From the NCBI GenBank assembly GCA_950097015.1, contig CATNEN010000001.1, positions 22,196,001 through 22,260,000 of the forward strand: a stretch of DNA of 64,000 bases, in the 5' to 3' direction. The translations under genes were made by a program, and so were the position numbers. Below the pieces are notes generated by a model that saw nothing but the letters and a program-made list of their open reading frames with translations, was not told the origin of the DNA and ran no database searches. The DNA is from Macrostomum hystrix. Taxonomy: Eukaryota > Animalia > Platyhelminthes. The first letter of the stretch is position 1; every line of letters begins with the position of its first letter. Shown here piece after piece: positions 23,342 to 36,000 of the stretch.

Positions 23342-25142
23342 GCTTCTACAGCAATAACTGCAAGTAAAATTTTATTACATCTGTGTCTAAAACATAAGGT
23401 ACAAACCAGATCTGTCAGTAGTCATTTCTTGAAAAGTTAATTCGTGATAATCTATTGACATTGATTTAGCATAAGGTCAAAAAATTAATTTGCTTTTTGA
23501 ATTAATAATCAACCTGTATTCGTCAAAGCAATATAAAAGAAAAAGTTAAACAAACGTGCTTGATTTTTAAACAGGGGCAAGTCGCCGTCTGTAAGTTAGT
23601 TTGGCTCTCACTAGTTTTTAGCAGTAAGTAAGCGGTTTTTTACTTCTAGTACAAAACAAATTGTTTACTACTACATAGCGACAAGATTCCACTATCGAAT
23701 CCATCAAATCTAGCTAACTACTCTTTCCCCTAAAAAATTAGCTTGTGGGGATACCATAAAGGTATGATTTAAACAAAACTGTAATACTATCATTTAATTA
23801 GACCGACTAAAGTCGACTAAATCATTAGCCAGTTGAACTATACGTTCTTATTTATTAGGCAATCTTTCCTATAACTTGTATTGAACCATATGCCACTTAC
23901 AAAAAGTTTTTAACTAATCAAATCATTTTAAATTCTAGATGAAATATATAGTTTTCATATATTTATTTGAAGTCAAAGTTCAAAGTTTTACTAAATTAAA
24001 CGAGTAAATAACAACTAGTTCATTTGTGGGTCACTTAAATAGAACTAAAAATAAAAGTCTTTGTTTATCTTTTTATGTGCAAGATTTTATTAAACTTGTA
24101 CTAGTGATTTAATGTTTTTACCTTTCTAGAATTAGCCAGAATAATCTTCCTATCTATTGTTGCAATGTAAAATTTAGTTGGAAAGTAGGGGGGCTTGTAA
24201 CCTTGTCAAGTAATAAGCTAGACAAAGGCAGTGTGAGAGATTTTGCAAACATTTTTATATAGTTTTAAATTTTCATACTTATAATGATTTGAAAATGTAC
24301 AATACATGCTATCGAAATTCGGCCCCAGTTGTTTATTTTTCTAGTTTGGCCTAGCCATTTAGAAATAATATATATGCTATTTAGATAGTGACCTTGCCAA
24401 AGTGTAGACACTAAATGAAGGGATTTTTACAAAGCAACAATTTACTTAGGCAAGTTAATGGGGTGTCTTGTCTTTTTTAGTGCTTAAAGTAAAAAATTGC
24501 CACTAAGAGACAATTGAGAAAGGTTAACTTTGGCTTTAATTTGCAGAGACATTGTGTTCTATCATTCCTGCCCTTGAATGCTTTGACAGAATGACAGCTT
24601 TTGTGTTTTGACTTTAAGGGTACCTCTGACTCTTAGCATGAGTTATAGCTAAAACTAGCATGCACTGAATGCCCTTCTGCCTGTGTTACAATCATTCCTG
24701 GTAAATCATGGGTTATCTCCCTCTTCTTTATATACCAACTAGACATTAAATATTTAATTGTTAGTTAGATAAGGCAAGAAAGCCATTTGAATATCCAAAA
24801 TAAATTGCAATTCAAAAGCAAAAATATTCAGCATTCAATGTATTCAGTTTAGAAATATTTCCCCAAGACTGGTTTTGATATAATTAAGGCTTACTGAAGC
24901 TAAGTCTCAAAGGTTTAAATAATATAAAATGGAATAATGTAATATAGAAAGAGCTAAATCAAAGGCAACTCAGTAGCTACTTGACCTAGATGCATTTTAA
25001 AGAAAAAAGTTTTCTTAGTTATTAGAAATGAGCTGTCTAGTTTTTTTGGTTGAATGCTTACCTTGTGATTAGTCATCTATATTTGCAATCACTGTACTTG
25101 AAGCATATTCTCTTGTCTATTTTGATTTCACATGTTTCAGCC

Positions 25143-27400
25143 ATGGCCACTGTAGCTGAAGCTGCTGTCCCAGCTGTCACCCCCGGCCCAGTGGCACAGC
25201 TGGAGCCCCAGCCAGAGGAAACCACTTTCAGTTCTCGCCTGCCCCGCATGACCAAGCAGGAACTGAAGCGAATCTGCAAAGAGCTGAAGTTGTACCTCAC
25301 ACCGCACCTGAATGACATTCTCTACCTGCACTACAAGGGCTATCCGCGCATTGAGAACCTGGAAGAGTACACTGGCCTTCGCTGCCTGTTCCTCGAATGC
25401 AATGGCATCAGGAAACTGGAGAACCTTGAAGCCCTGACTGAGATGCGCTGCCTCTACATGGCTAAGAATCTTGTTGAGAAAATAGAAAATCTGGACACCC
25501 TGGTTAACCTGGACACTCTGGATCTCAGTCACAATAGTCTGGAGAAAGTCGAGAACATTGGTTGTCTGCCGAAGCTCACTAAAATCATCCTGGCTCATAA
25601 TCGCCTCACCAGCTTAGAGGATCTGCGCGGCCTTCTCGACTGCCCGTCGCTCACCGTGGTTGATTTGCAGCACAATCGAATTGAGGATGCAGCTGTGATC
25701 GATGAGATCTTTGCACAAATGCCTAATTTGCGTGTCCTCTATCTGCAGGGCAATCCGGTTGTTAAACAGGTTTGCTAAACTGCTCATGTGTACACTAATG
25801 TGTCACGTGTTTACGCGAGCGTAGATGCTAGTGCTAAAATCCACTCACTATGTAACTACGAGTACCAAGAAGGGAGGAAATTCCCCCCTGATAAATTTCT
25901 GTGCTTTACCCGAACAGAGCAGCGCAAGCACACGAAACTTAATAACACGGGCCAACTTTTGTTGCGCATCTTCTTAAACTATAATCAAGTCGCCAGCTCT
26001 TCAGACCGTCGAGATATTCAATGGTTCTGGCAGAAGGTCGGATTTTTACCATAAGCGCTAGTGTACCCTTATACATAAATCAATGTACGAGAACTAAGTG
26101 TCTAGTTCAAATAAAATTACTCCTCACCTGTGACTCGAACTCCAGACCTCTCGATAGGCAGTCCAAGCTCTTACCAAAGGGCTACAAACATAGAATCTAT
26201 CTATGATAAAGTGCAGAATTATAGTTTATAGTTAATCTGAAACTCGCAGATCAAGTTCTACCGCAAGACGCTGACGCACAAGCTGTCCGGCCTGACCTAC
26301 CTGGACGATCGGCCAATATTTGAAAACGATCGCCGCTTGTCCGAGGCCTACTTCGCCGGCGGAGCCGAAGCGGAGCGAGCCGAGCGCAAGCTGGTGCAAG
26401 ATGAGGAGCAGCGGAAGACTATGGCTAGTGTGGAATGGCTGCTGAAACGGCGCCGTGATAATGAGGTGGCCACCGCTCAGGTGAGGACCAATTATTATTA
26501 AAATCCCTCATAGGACAACCAATGATCCCAAAATTGAAATCCCAACGGGATACCGTATAATCCCAATATTGAAATCCAACGGGATACCGTATAATCCCAG
26601 TATTGAAATCCAACGGGATACCGTATAATCCCAATATTGAAATCCAACGGGATACCGTATAATCCCAATATTGAAATCCAACGGGATACCGTATAATCCC
26701 AATATTGAAATCCAACGGGATACCGTATAATCCCAATATTGAAATCCCATAGGGACATTGTAATATGATCCCTATATTGAAATCCCATCGTGACCCCTAT
26801 GATATCAATATAAAAATCCTATCGGGACACCATTTCGTCCCACTTTTCAAATCCCATGGACATGGTTCTCCTATATATTCAATTTCCTAATTCTCCCCTT
26901 AGGCCAATGCTGAAGCGGCTGCCGAAGCTCGCGGCGAAGACCCGTCAGCCGTGCCGCCAGTGGATCCCAGCAAATGCGACTGGCTGTATGGCGATCGCGG
27001 TGAACTCGGCGATGGCGACACCAACGCCGATGGATTTGTTGACGTAGTCGACGAGGTTCCATCGAATGGCGAGTTGGCCATGATTGCGCCCAGGTCGGCT
27101 CACCCTGGCGCCGGAATCTTTTCCGCTGACACCGCCTCCGCTTCGACTGGCGGCGTTGTCGACTCGAGCTTCTTGCTGCTTGGCAACGACAATGACGGAG
27201 ATTCGCGCATTGAAACTGCGGCTTCTAATTCAACGCGACCTCCACTGATTGTGGAACTGGACGATATTCAGCCAACAGTCGTTGGCGAGGCAGCCGCAGC
27301 TGGCTTGCCAATGACGGAGATTCGCGACGCTCTCGACGGCATGTCGGCGGTCGCCGAAGCCGCAGCGGATGCAAAGAAGCTCGACGATGAACTGGACTGA
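25143..27400 (+). CDS. DNAAF1: Dynein axonemal assembly factor 1 (LRRC50/ODA7); exons 25143-25769, 26250-26480, 26903-27400
   Basis: [59 protein letters not shown]22-type LRRs, LRRcap YRKTL...[10 protein letters not shown], acidic tail. Confidence 0.93.
26535..26750. repeat. 34-bp minisatellite in DNAAF1 intron 2
   Basis: GAAATCCAACGGGATACCGTATAATCCCAATATT in about 6 copies. Confidence 0.9.
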
Positions 27401-27874
27401 CGTTGCTGATCTTGATTCATTTTTCTGCCATCGATTGAACAAGTTTATTAAATATGGTTACAAATTGTTTCAGTAGTAAGTCTATTATAATTTAGCGTGC
27501 CTTTGTTACTCAGCAAACATTTTTTTAATTTACCTTAGCACTGTGATTTTCTATACATTTTTTACGTGTAGAGATAATAACCATTTTTGTAGCGATGCCG
27601 TCCATTTTGCAATGTACTTTGCTGAATTTGTACCCTTAACTTTCCCTGGTTTTATGTTTCGCAGGGTTTTACTGTTTTTAATGAACTACGAGAAATTAAT
27701 ATATTGGCATGAATGAGAAGTAGCCATGGTTTTTGAGTGGCGCTGGAGACCGCCAAACAGTTATTCGTACATTTATTTCTCAATGCTCACAATTGTGCGT
27801 TCAGTTCGCCTACTAACAGTAGAAATATCAGCATATTGCTAGAATATTTCATTGCGCAGCGCATTCAATTTCAG

Positions 27875-28423
27875 CTGGCCTCTCTGGCTCACCGCCTGTG
27901 GCAGCGCTCGCTGTCGCCATTCGTCGCTGGCCATCGCGCCTTCGCCGCCCCGGCCTCAGGCGGCGCCGCAGCCAAGAAGCTCAAAGGCAAAGGCGTGGCT
28001 GCCATCTCTTCTAAGAAGGAGCTGGAGGTTGAGACAGACACCAAGAAGCTCATTAGTCACCTGTGCATCAACTACCACATCGATGGCGAGTACATTCCGC
28101 TGAAGCCGCAGGAAGCTTATCCAGACTGGCTGTACGAGCTGTCCACCGAGATGGAGCCTCGGCCGTTGTCCGAGCTGGAGCCGGGCTCCGAGATCTACTG
28201 GCGCCACGTGATCGACGCCAAGATGAAGGAGGCCTTCAAGCTGGGCAAGATGGACGGCTGGATCAAGCCGGAGCACATTCATGAGACCAATGTGCTGGAG
28301 AGATTCTACGGCCCAGTCTATGAGGAAGTTCTCAGCTATGAAGCCGCTGTCAAGTCTCGGGAGCCGCCGTCAGTTCGCATTGGGAATGAAACCACGGGGA
28401 AAGCTGAACGCCTGGGATCTTGA
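27875..28423 (+). CDS. MRPL54: Mitochondrial ribosomal protein mL54; intronless; no genomic ATG at the N-terminus (start probably SL-donated)
   Basis: Basic presequence LASLAHRLWQRSLSPFVAGHRAFA, then KKLKGKG and LEVETDTKKLISHLCINYHIDGEYIPLKPQEAYPDWLYEL...YWR (mL54/L37 family). Confidence 0.85.
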   Translation: MASLAHRLWQRSLSPFVAGHRAFAAPASGGAAAKKLKGKGVAAISSKKELEVETDTKKLISHLCINYHIDGEYIPLKPQEAYPDWLYELSTEMEPRPLSELEPGSEIYWRHVIDAKMKEAFKLGKMDGWIKPEHIHETNVLERFYGPVYEEVLSYEAAVKSREPPSVRIGNETTGKAERLGS

Positions 28424-28771
28424 CAATTTGGTGCAATTCAGCAGATTTTATCCATTGTCTGTTGCTTCCAACCAAACGTTTGTTCTTTGCAGTCCGATAG
28501 TCCGCTAGTGTGTAGAGTCTTAAATAAAAATTGCATGCTTTTAAGTTGCTTGAATTATAGCTAGTTGCTATGCTAATATTGCTATCATTGGCTTTATTTC
28601 TTGATTAAAAAACTCACTAGTGTTTAAGAACTGGATAGAAATGATGAGGCAATGCCGCTTATTTAGTTAGACTCCTGAGCACACACTATCTGCCCTGACT
28701 TGATCATCTGAGTTCTGCAGTCTGAGTTCTATGTTTCAGCGCATAGGTTACACGTACTCACTCACTGAGTT

Positions 28772-29473
28772 ATGTCGTCAGAATCCAAACATCAGCGGCA
28801 GCAAAACCTGTTGACAAAATTCACAGTGTCCCCGCTCAGCGGACCGTCACTCTACATCAAGCCCTACTGCGTAGATTTCATCCTCGACGGCGTTGCTCGC
28901 AAATGGCACTGCATGCGCAACCATGACGCTGTAGTCATCATCATCTACAACAGCGATCGCCGCGCCCTCGTCCTAGTCCGCCAGTTCCGTCCGGCCACCT
29001 ACATGCAGCGCTGCCTGGAAGAGAACGGCGGCAATCTGGAAGCTCTGATGTCTCCGACTGCAGCTCCGCCGTTGCCAGCCGAAGCTGGCGACGTGCTGGA
29101 AGCTTGCGCCGGCATTGTCGACAAAACTGGAAAGAGTCTGGCGGACATTGCCGCTGAAGAGGTGCTGGAAGAGTGCGGCTATCGGGTGCAGCCAGCTGAC
29201 CTGCAGCTGGTTGGCTGCTGCCGCTCCGGTGTCGGCGTATCGTCCGCCAAGCAGACAGTCTTCTACGTTGAGGTGACAGACGCTGTGCGAGTCAGCGAAG
29301 GTGGCGGCAACCCAGCTGAGGGCGAGCGCATCGAAGTGGTTCACTGGCCGGTTGAGAAGCTTGACGAATTGCTGATGAACGGCAGTTCCAGCTGCAATGA
29401 GATCTACATCGGCTTGCAGTACTGCCTGCTCTGGTTCAAGGTTAACAAGCTGGCCGCTCTCGCACCAACCTGA
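28772..29473 (+). CDS. NUDT14: Nudix hydrolase, UDP-glucose pyrophosphatase
   Basis: WHCMRNHDAVVIIIYNSDRRALVLVRQFRPA, Nudix box EACAGIVDK...AAEEVLEECGY, GGGNPAEGERIEVV. Confidence 0.9.
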   Translation: MSSESKHQRQQNLLTKFTVSPLSGPSLYIKPYCVDFILDGVARKWHCMRNHDAVVIIIYNSDRRALVLVRQFRPATYMQRCLEENGGNLEALMSPTAAPPLPAEAGDVLEACAGIVDKTGKSLADIAAEEVLEECGYRVQPADLQLVGCCRSGVGVSSAKQTVFYVEVTDAVRVSEGGGNPAEGERIEVVHWPVEKLDELLMNGSSSCNEIYIGLQYCLLWFKVNKLAALAPT

Positions 29474-29796
29474 TCAGATGGCATTGCGATTCTGAGATTC
29501 TGTAGTACCATAAATACAGATATTTTTAGTTTTTTTTTAAATCACAACTACACATTTGTAGTTACTCGTGCTTAGCTATCTTGAAGTGCTTGTTATAATT
29601 TATTAAATATAATAAATGTTTTTGCAGTACAATGATGTCTGATTTTATTCTGATTCAATCATTATTCATGAACGAAATCAATGAGAGATCGGTGATTTAA
29701 CATTTCCAGCTCGCTATTAAAACAAAACAGCAACTCGAACTAACAAACTGCTAACACCGGAAGTTCTACTGGGATTAACTGAAAGTCAGTTTAAGA

Positions 29797-32700
29797 ATGG
29801 CCGAAGCGGATCGAGAGTTCTTCTCCCTAGCCTTCTATTATTTCCGCGAGCGCTACTGGCGTCACGTGATCACCGCCTGCCAGGACGCCGGTCGGCGCTA
29901 CGGACCGGGCGATCCGCTCGTGAAACTTTGGGAGGCCTGCGCCCTCATCGAGGAGGATCGAGTCCAGGAGGCTCTGCGCGAGCTTGAAGGCCTCAGGTCC
30001 AAGTCGGACATGAATGTGGCGGCCCTGCTAGCAATGGCCCATGCTCACAGGAAGTCCCGCCAGCCGGACCTTCAAGCCATCAAGGAGTGCGAGAGCGCCA
30101 TGAGGGAGGAGCGAAAAAGAGCCGGCGAGAGGGGACTGCTGTACAGCGGCCTGGTTGTGGTGCTGCAGGACCGGCACGACAAGGCCAAGGAGTACATTGA
30201 CAGGCTGTTGAAAGTCAATCCAGGATGTGTGAGTTGCTATGCGCTCACTGATTGGGGCTATTGCTATGCGCTCACCAAATAAGGACCGTTGCTATGTGCT
30301 TATCGACTTGATACCGTTGGCATACGCTTCCCAAATACCGTTGCTATGCGGTTACCAAATAAGGACGGTTTCTATGCGGTTACCAAATAAGGACCGTTGC
30401 TACGCGGTCACCAAATAAGGACCGTTGCTATGCGGCCACCAAAGAAGGACGGTTGCTATGCGGTTACCAAATAAGTACCGTTGCTATGCGGTCACCAAAT
30501 AAGGACGGTTGCTTTGCGCTTATCGAATGGGGATCATTGCTATGCGTTTTTCTGTCTGCGGATAGTTTCTATGCGTTCGCATCGCGTTCTAACCATTCGT
30601 TAATGGCACATAACTGCTTCAACCGCCAGGTGGAAGGCCAGGCGCTCCGTGGCTGGGCGGACCTGCACTCCAAGGACGAGGCGGTGCGCAAAGCGGCGGG
30701 CGGCAGTTTCGACAAAGCGATCGAGGCCAGCAATGGCAGATTTCCCGACGCGTTGCTGGGCAAAGCAAAGAGTTTAGAGGGCAAGAGAAACTTTAGCGCC
30801 GCCCTGGAGGTTGTCAATCAGCTCATTGTGGCCTTCCCCCGCTTCCTGCCCGGCCTAATTGAGAAGATGCGAGTCCAGCTAGAACTGCAGGACTGGGATC
30901 AGATGCTGGACACTGCTACCAGGTGCTTGGACTCAGATCCAAGCTGCATACCTGCCATGGAATTCCAGCTGCTCAGCCTGCTGTGCCGGGAGGGCAACTA
31001 TACTCAGGTGGGTATCTTAATAGGATTTTAGTCAGGGCAGCTTGGGATCATGGGACCTGTATCCTGGCGTTAATTGAGTCATGCTAGTCTAGAATAATGG
31101 GATCCATATCCTGGTGGCATTTCAGCCGTGGGAGCCTAATGGGATCCATATCCTGGTGGCATTTCAGTCATGGAAGTCTAATGGGATCTTTATCCTGGTG
31201 GCATTTCAGCCGTGGGAGTCTAATGGGATCTTTATCCTGGTGGCATTTCAGCCGTGGGAGTCTAATGGGATCTTTATCCAAAACTCGCCATCCCATCAAC
31301 TCGCAGGCCACATCGTCCGTGAGCGATTTGCTTCAGGCGATGGACCGCTACGAGCCGAAGAATGTGTACCAGTACTCCAGACTTGCCAATCTGTTCTCTC
31401 GAGTGGTGAGTTCAGTTATGAGCATAATATTTGGTTATTGAGTCTGTGATTATTAATCAACTAATTTGAGGACTTCACTGATATTTTAGGTTCCACCAAA
31501 TAGCCTTGTATGCTTTTATGGCAAATCAGTTTTATTAGTTTGACGTTTTTCTTATTTTAAAAAGCCTGTCTTTGTTTTGCTTCGATTTTGTTGGCTTTTT
31601 ATTGACTTGTGTTCTTTCAGACGAATGAGTTCTCTTAGTGCCAGTCAGTTGGCTTTCCAGGAATTCACCAGCTTTTGGTTCTGTATCTATGCGTGCCCAA
31701 AACTCATTTCGCTTCTCTGCTCTAATACAAGTATTTTGCTTCTATCGTCTGCTCATGAATACAAATTACGCTCGTAACTCCCTAAACGATATCCGCTCCT
31801 TCTGCCCCCAAGATTACAGCCTCCCCCAAAGAAACCACCCTTTCCGCCTAAGAACCCACTCCTTCGCTCCCAAAGAATCCGCTCCTTCCGCCCCCCACAA
31901 TGAATCTGCTCCTTCCACCCCCACAAAAAACCGCTCCTTCCGCCCCCACCAAGAATCCGCTCCTTCCGCCCCCACAATGAATCTGCTCCTTCCACCCCCA
32001 CAAAAAACCGCTCCTTCCGCCCCACCAAGAATCCGCTCCTTCCGCCCCCCCCCCCAAAAAAATCAGCTCCTTCCACCCCCACAAAAATTGCTCCTTCCGC
32101 CCCCACCAAGAATCCGCTCCTTCCGCCCCCACCAAGAATCCGCTCCTTCCGCCCTTCACAAAGAATCCACTCCTTCTGCCCCCAACAATGAAACCGCTCC
32201 ATCCGCCCCCAACAATGAAACCGCTCCTTCCGCCCCCAACAATGAAACCGCTCCTTCTTTGGGCCCCCTGAAGAATCCTCCCTTTCCGCCCCTGAAGATT
32301 ACTCTCTTTCGGCCCATAAAGAACCCTTTCCGCCCCCCACCATAGAATCCTTTCTTTCCGCCCCTAAAAATCCTTTCCGCCCCGCCATAAAGAATCCTCT
32401 CTTTCCGCCCCCTCACCAACCAGGCCATTCGGCAGCCGGCCATCCTGCAGCAGACGGGCTACCTCCAGGAGCGCGCCCTGGCCCTGGACAAGGACAACGC
32501 CGAGCAGATCACCCGCATGGGCCACCAGCTGCTCATGCAGGGCAAAGTTCGCGACGCCATTAAAACATTTCGCCGCGCGCTCGACAAGGACGAGAGCAGC
32601 GTCACCGCCCTGCAGGGCATCATCCGCTGCCAGCTAGCCGAGGACCTGCTGCAGGAGGCCGCGTCACAGTTGGACTTCCTCAAGGAGGTTCAGAGCAGTC

Positions 32701-32963
32701 TGGGATCTTCAGGCGTGAGTTTTTCATCCGGATTCTGCCATCCCTATAGATTTTAGTTAGCATTTTCTATTCATGTTTTCCTTGCTCTTTCTTTATTTGT
32801 CTCCGGTGCAGGACTCCAGCAAAGCCGACGAAGCGGTAAACTGGGAGGGGGATTTTTTATCTGGTCTTCCTTTTTTTCTTTAAGTTTGCCCTTCTTTGCT
32901 TCTTGTTTGCCATTTGATTGTGCTTCAATCTAGTCTGCTAACATGTTTTTGTGTCTGTCTGCC

Positions 32964-33000
<37 letters not shown>

Positions 33001-36000
33001 GCGTTAATTAATTCACTGTCACTGAAATGTTTTCCTCAGATGTTGAAAAATGTTAAATTAGCCACCATTAGGTAGCGCCAAAACTCTATGTACTTCTTAT
33101 TCTAATTCAGTTATGTACTATTTTTGTCCAAAAATAGTTTTGTCTATAAATTTCTATCCTTTTGCTAATTCTTAGCTTTTTCTCTTTATTTCATCGCATC
33201 AATAAAAAATTAACAACAAAGCATTTGTTTTACAATTTACTAATTTTAACACGTTGCAGGATTCCGTTGCCAAGGTAACACTGTCATCAATTTGTGATTT
33301 TTGTTTACTCCGCATGTTTTAGACATTATTTTTGGCGCTTACCTGGACTTGTTGGGGCCCTTGAATGCACTTTTCTGCAACTTATGTTCAAGTACTGCAC
33401 ACTGACTGACTCTAGACATTGTTGCGTTTCTCTACTTCGTTTCCGTTCAAATAAGTTGCTATCAAATGTACTTCATTAACAGTAGAAATAGCATGCTATT
33501 TTGCCCTGGGGAAGACCACAGAGGGATTTCAAATACCCGCTGCCCTTCACGATTTGAAATTTCATGCAAATCTCTGTCGAAAGTAGAGAGGATTCTATAA
33601 GGGGGCGGAAAGAGAGGGTTCTATAAGGGGGCGGAAAGAGAGGGTTCTATAAGGGGGCGGAAAGAGTGGGTTCTATAAGGGGGCGGAAAGAGAGGGTTCT
33701 ATAAGGGGGCGGAAAGAGTGGGTTCTATAAGGGGGCGGAAAGAGAGGGTTCTATAAGGGGGCGGAAAGAGAGGGTTCTATAAGGGGGCGGAAAGAGAGGG
33801 TTCTATAAGGGGGCGGAAAGAGAGGGTTCTATAAGGGGGCGGAAAGAGAGGGTTCTATAAGGGGGCGGAAAGAGTGGGTTCTATAAGGGGGCGGAAAGAG
33901 GGTTCTATAAGGGGGCGGAAAGAGAGGGTTCTATAAGGGGGCGGAAAGAGAGGGTTCTATAAGGGTGCAGAAAGAGGGTTCTATAAGGGGGCGGAAAGAG
34001 AGGGTTCTATAAGGGTGCGGAAAGAGGGTTCTATAAGGGGGCGGAAAGAGAGGGTTCTATAAGGGGGCGGAAAGAGAGGGTTCTATAAGGGTGCAGAAAG
34101 AGGGTTCTATAAGGGGGCGGAAAGAGAGGGTTCTATAAGGGTGCGGAAAGAGGGTTCTATAAGGGGGCGGAAAGAGAGGGTTCTATAAGGGGGCGGAAAG
34201 AGAGGGTTCTATAAGGGTGCAGAAAGAGGGTTCTATAAGGGGGCGAAAAGAGAGGGTTCTATAAGGGAATTCTACAACAGAATACGCTGTTGGCAGGACA
34301 ACTATAATAATATTAATAATAATAATAATAATAATTGCAGGAGGGCTGCGGGCAGTGGCAAATCATTTGGTGATACTAGACCCGCAGCCAGCGAGGAGGC
34401 AATTCTGCCCGTTTCGCTGACTCCTGAGCACACACGCACACAGATACTGTACGCAGACTTTTTTCGTCAGGCAGTGTACATTTCACTGTGCCTTGAAGGT
34501 TGGCCCTCAAGGGCGTAAATTGCACGACAAGCCCCCAAGCCTTCTCTCCGCGGCTGCGGAGAGGCCCAAATGATGTGGCCTCGCCGTGAAATCGAACTTC
34601 GGGACCCTGGTGCGAGAGGCAAACGCGTTAACCGCTCTGCCACCGACCCCTCCGGCAGAACAACTAAAAAAATACAGTATAATCAACAGTAATAGCCTAA
34701 ATATGATTTTATATGACTATAAATTTTATGAGCAGAAAAAATGATGCCTATATTGCTGGCTTTTGCCACCAGACACGCTGACAAGAATCGTTGAATATCT
34801 CGACGCTTTTTTGAGATTTTGAGCAGTTAATCGTTACCGTTAATCGTCTGTCGCTATCCTAAACTTAACCAACCTCTGCTGATGGGCAGCTCAATCTGAT
34901 TATTTAATGTTGTAATTGAAAATATTATTTTCGTCTAAAAATCGATAGAAACTGTGCTCGGTAAGAGTAACCTTTGGTATTCGGCAACATTTCCTAGGGA
35001 GCTTCTAGTACATGAGTTGCTGTCTGCAACAGCTGCTGACCCATTTAACTGCCCCATTCCTACAGGACCTGAGCTTCCTGCTGGCCGTGCTGGCTAGAAA
35101 ACGGGCCTCGCCACCGAACAAAATCCTGGCCCACCTGGACGATGCCATCCAGCAGCACTTTGCCAGCTTTAAGGTGAGATTCTAGAAATCATCGAGTGCA
35201 TTCTTCTTCATTCGATTCCTCGTTCGGTTTTTTATGTTTCTTTATTTGATTCCTCATTCGATTCTTCATCTGATTTTTTGTCATTCGATTCCTCGTTCGA
35301 TTATTCATTAGTTTCTTCATTCGATTCCTCGTTCGATTCTTCGTCAGTTTCTTCATTCGATTCCTGGTCAGTTTCTTCATTCGATTCCTCGTTCGATTCT
35401 TCGTCAGTTTCTTCATTCGATTCCACGACGATTCTTCGTCAGTTTCTTAATTCGATTCCTCGACGACTTTTCGTCAGTTTCTTCATTCGATTGCTCGACG
35501 ATTCTTCGTCAGTTTCTTCATTCGATTCCTCGACGATTCTTCGTCTGTTTCTTCATTCGATTACTGGTCAGTTTCTTCATTTGATTTCTCGACGATTCTT
35601 CGTCAGTTTCTTCATTCGATTCCTGGTCAGTTTCTTCATTTGATTTCTCGACGATTCTTCGTCAGTTTCTTTATTTGATTTCTCGTTAGATTCTTCGTCT
35701 GATTCTTCATTCGATTCCTCGTTCTATTATTCGTCTGATTCTTCGTTTGATTATTCGTTAAATCATAAGTCTTTCTTTTTTTCGATTCCTCATTCGATTC
35801 TTCATTTCTTTGTTCCATACTTCAGCAGTTTCCACGGTCGATTCCTCGTCCGTGGAAACACACAAGTCACACATTCGCATTCGCTCCCCCCATTCTACCC
35901 GCAGGGTCTGGCACTCGGGCCGGACTACTACCACTCGTTAAACCCGGACTTTCTCATCCAGCTGGTTCACGAGTACCTGGTCCATGCGCCGCAAAAGCCT

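Noticed and set aside
27737-27874. N-terminal 46 aa of the 228-aa ORF as part of MRPL54
   Set aside because: Starts at GTG, is AT-rich, lies upstream of the acceptor and would bury the presequence
34570-34650. tRNA gene (also 1628-1700)
   Set aside because: A/B boxes are present but joined to repeated SINE bodies, with no proper cloverleaf
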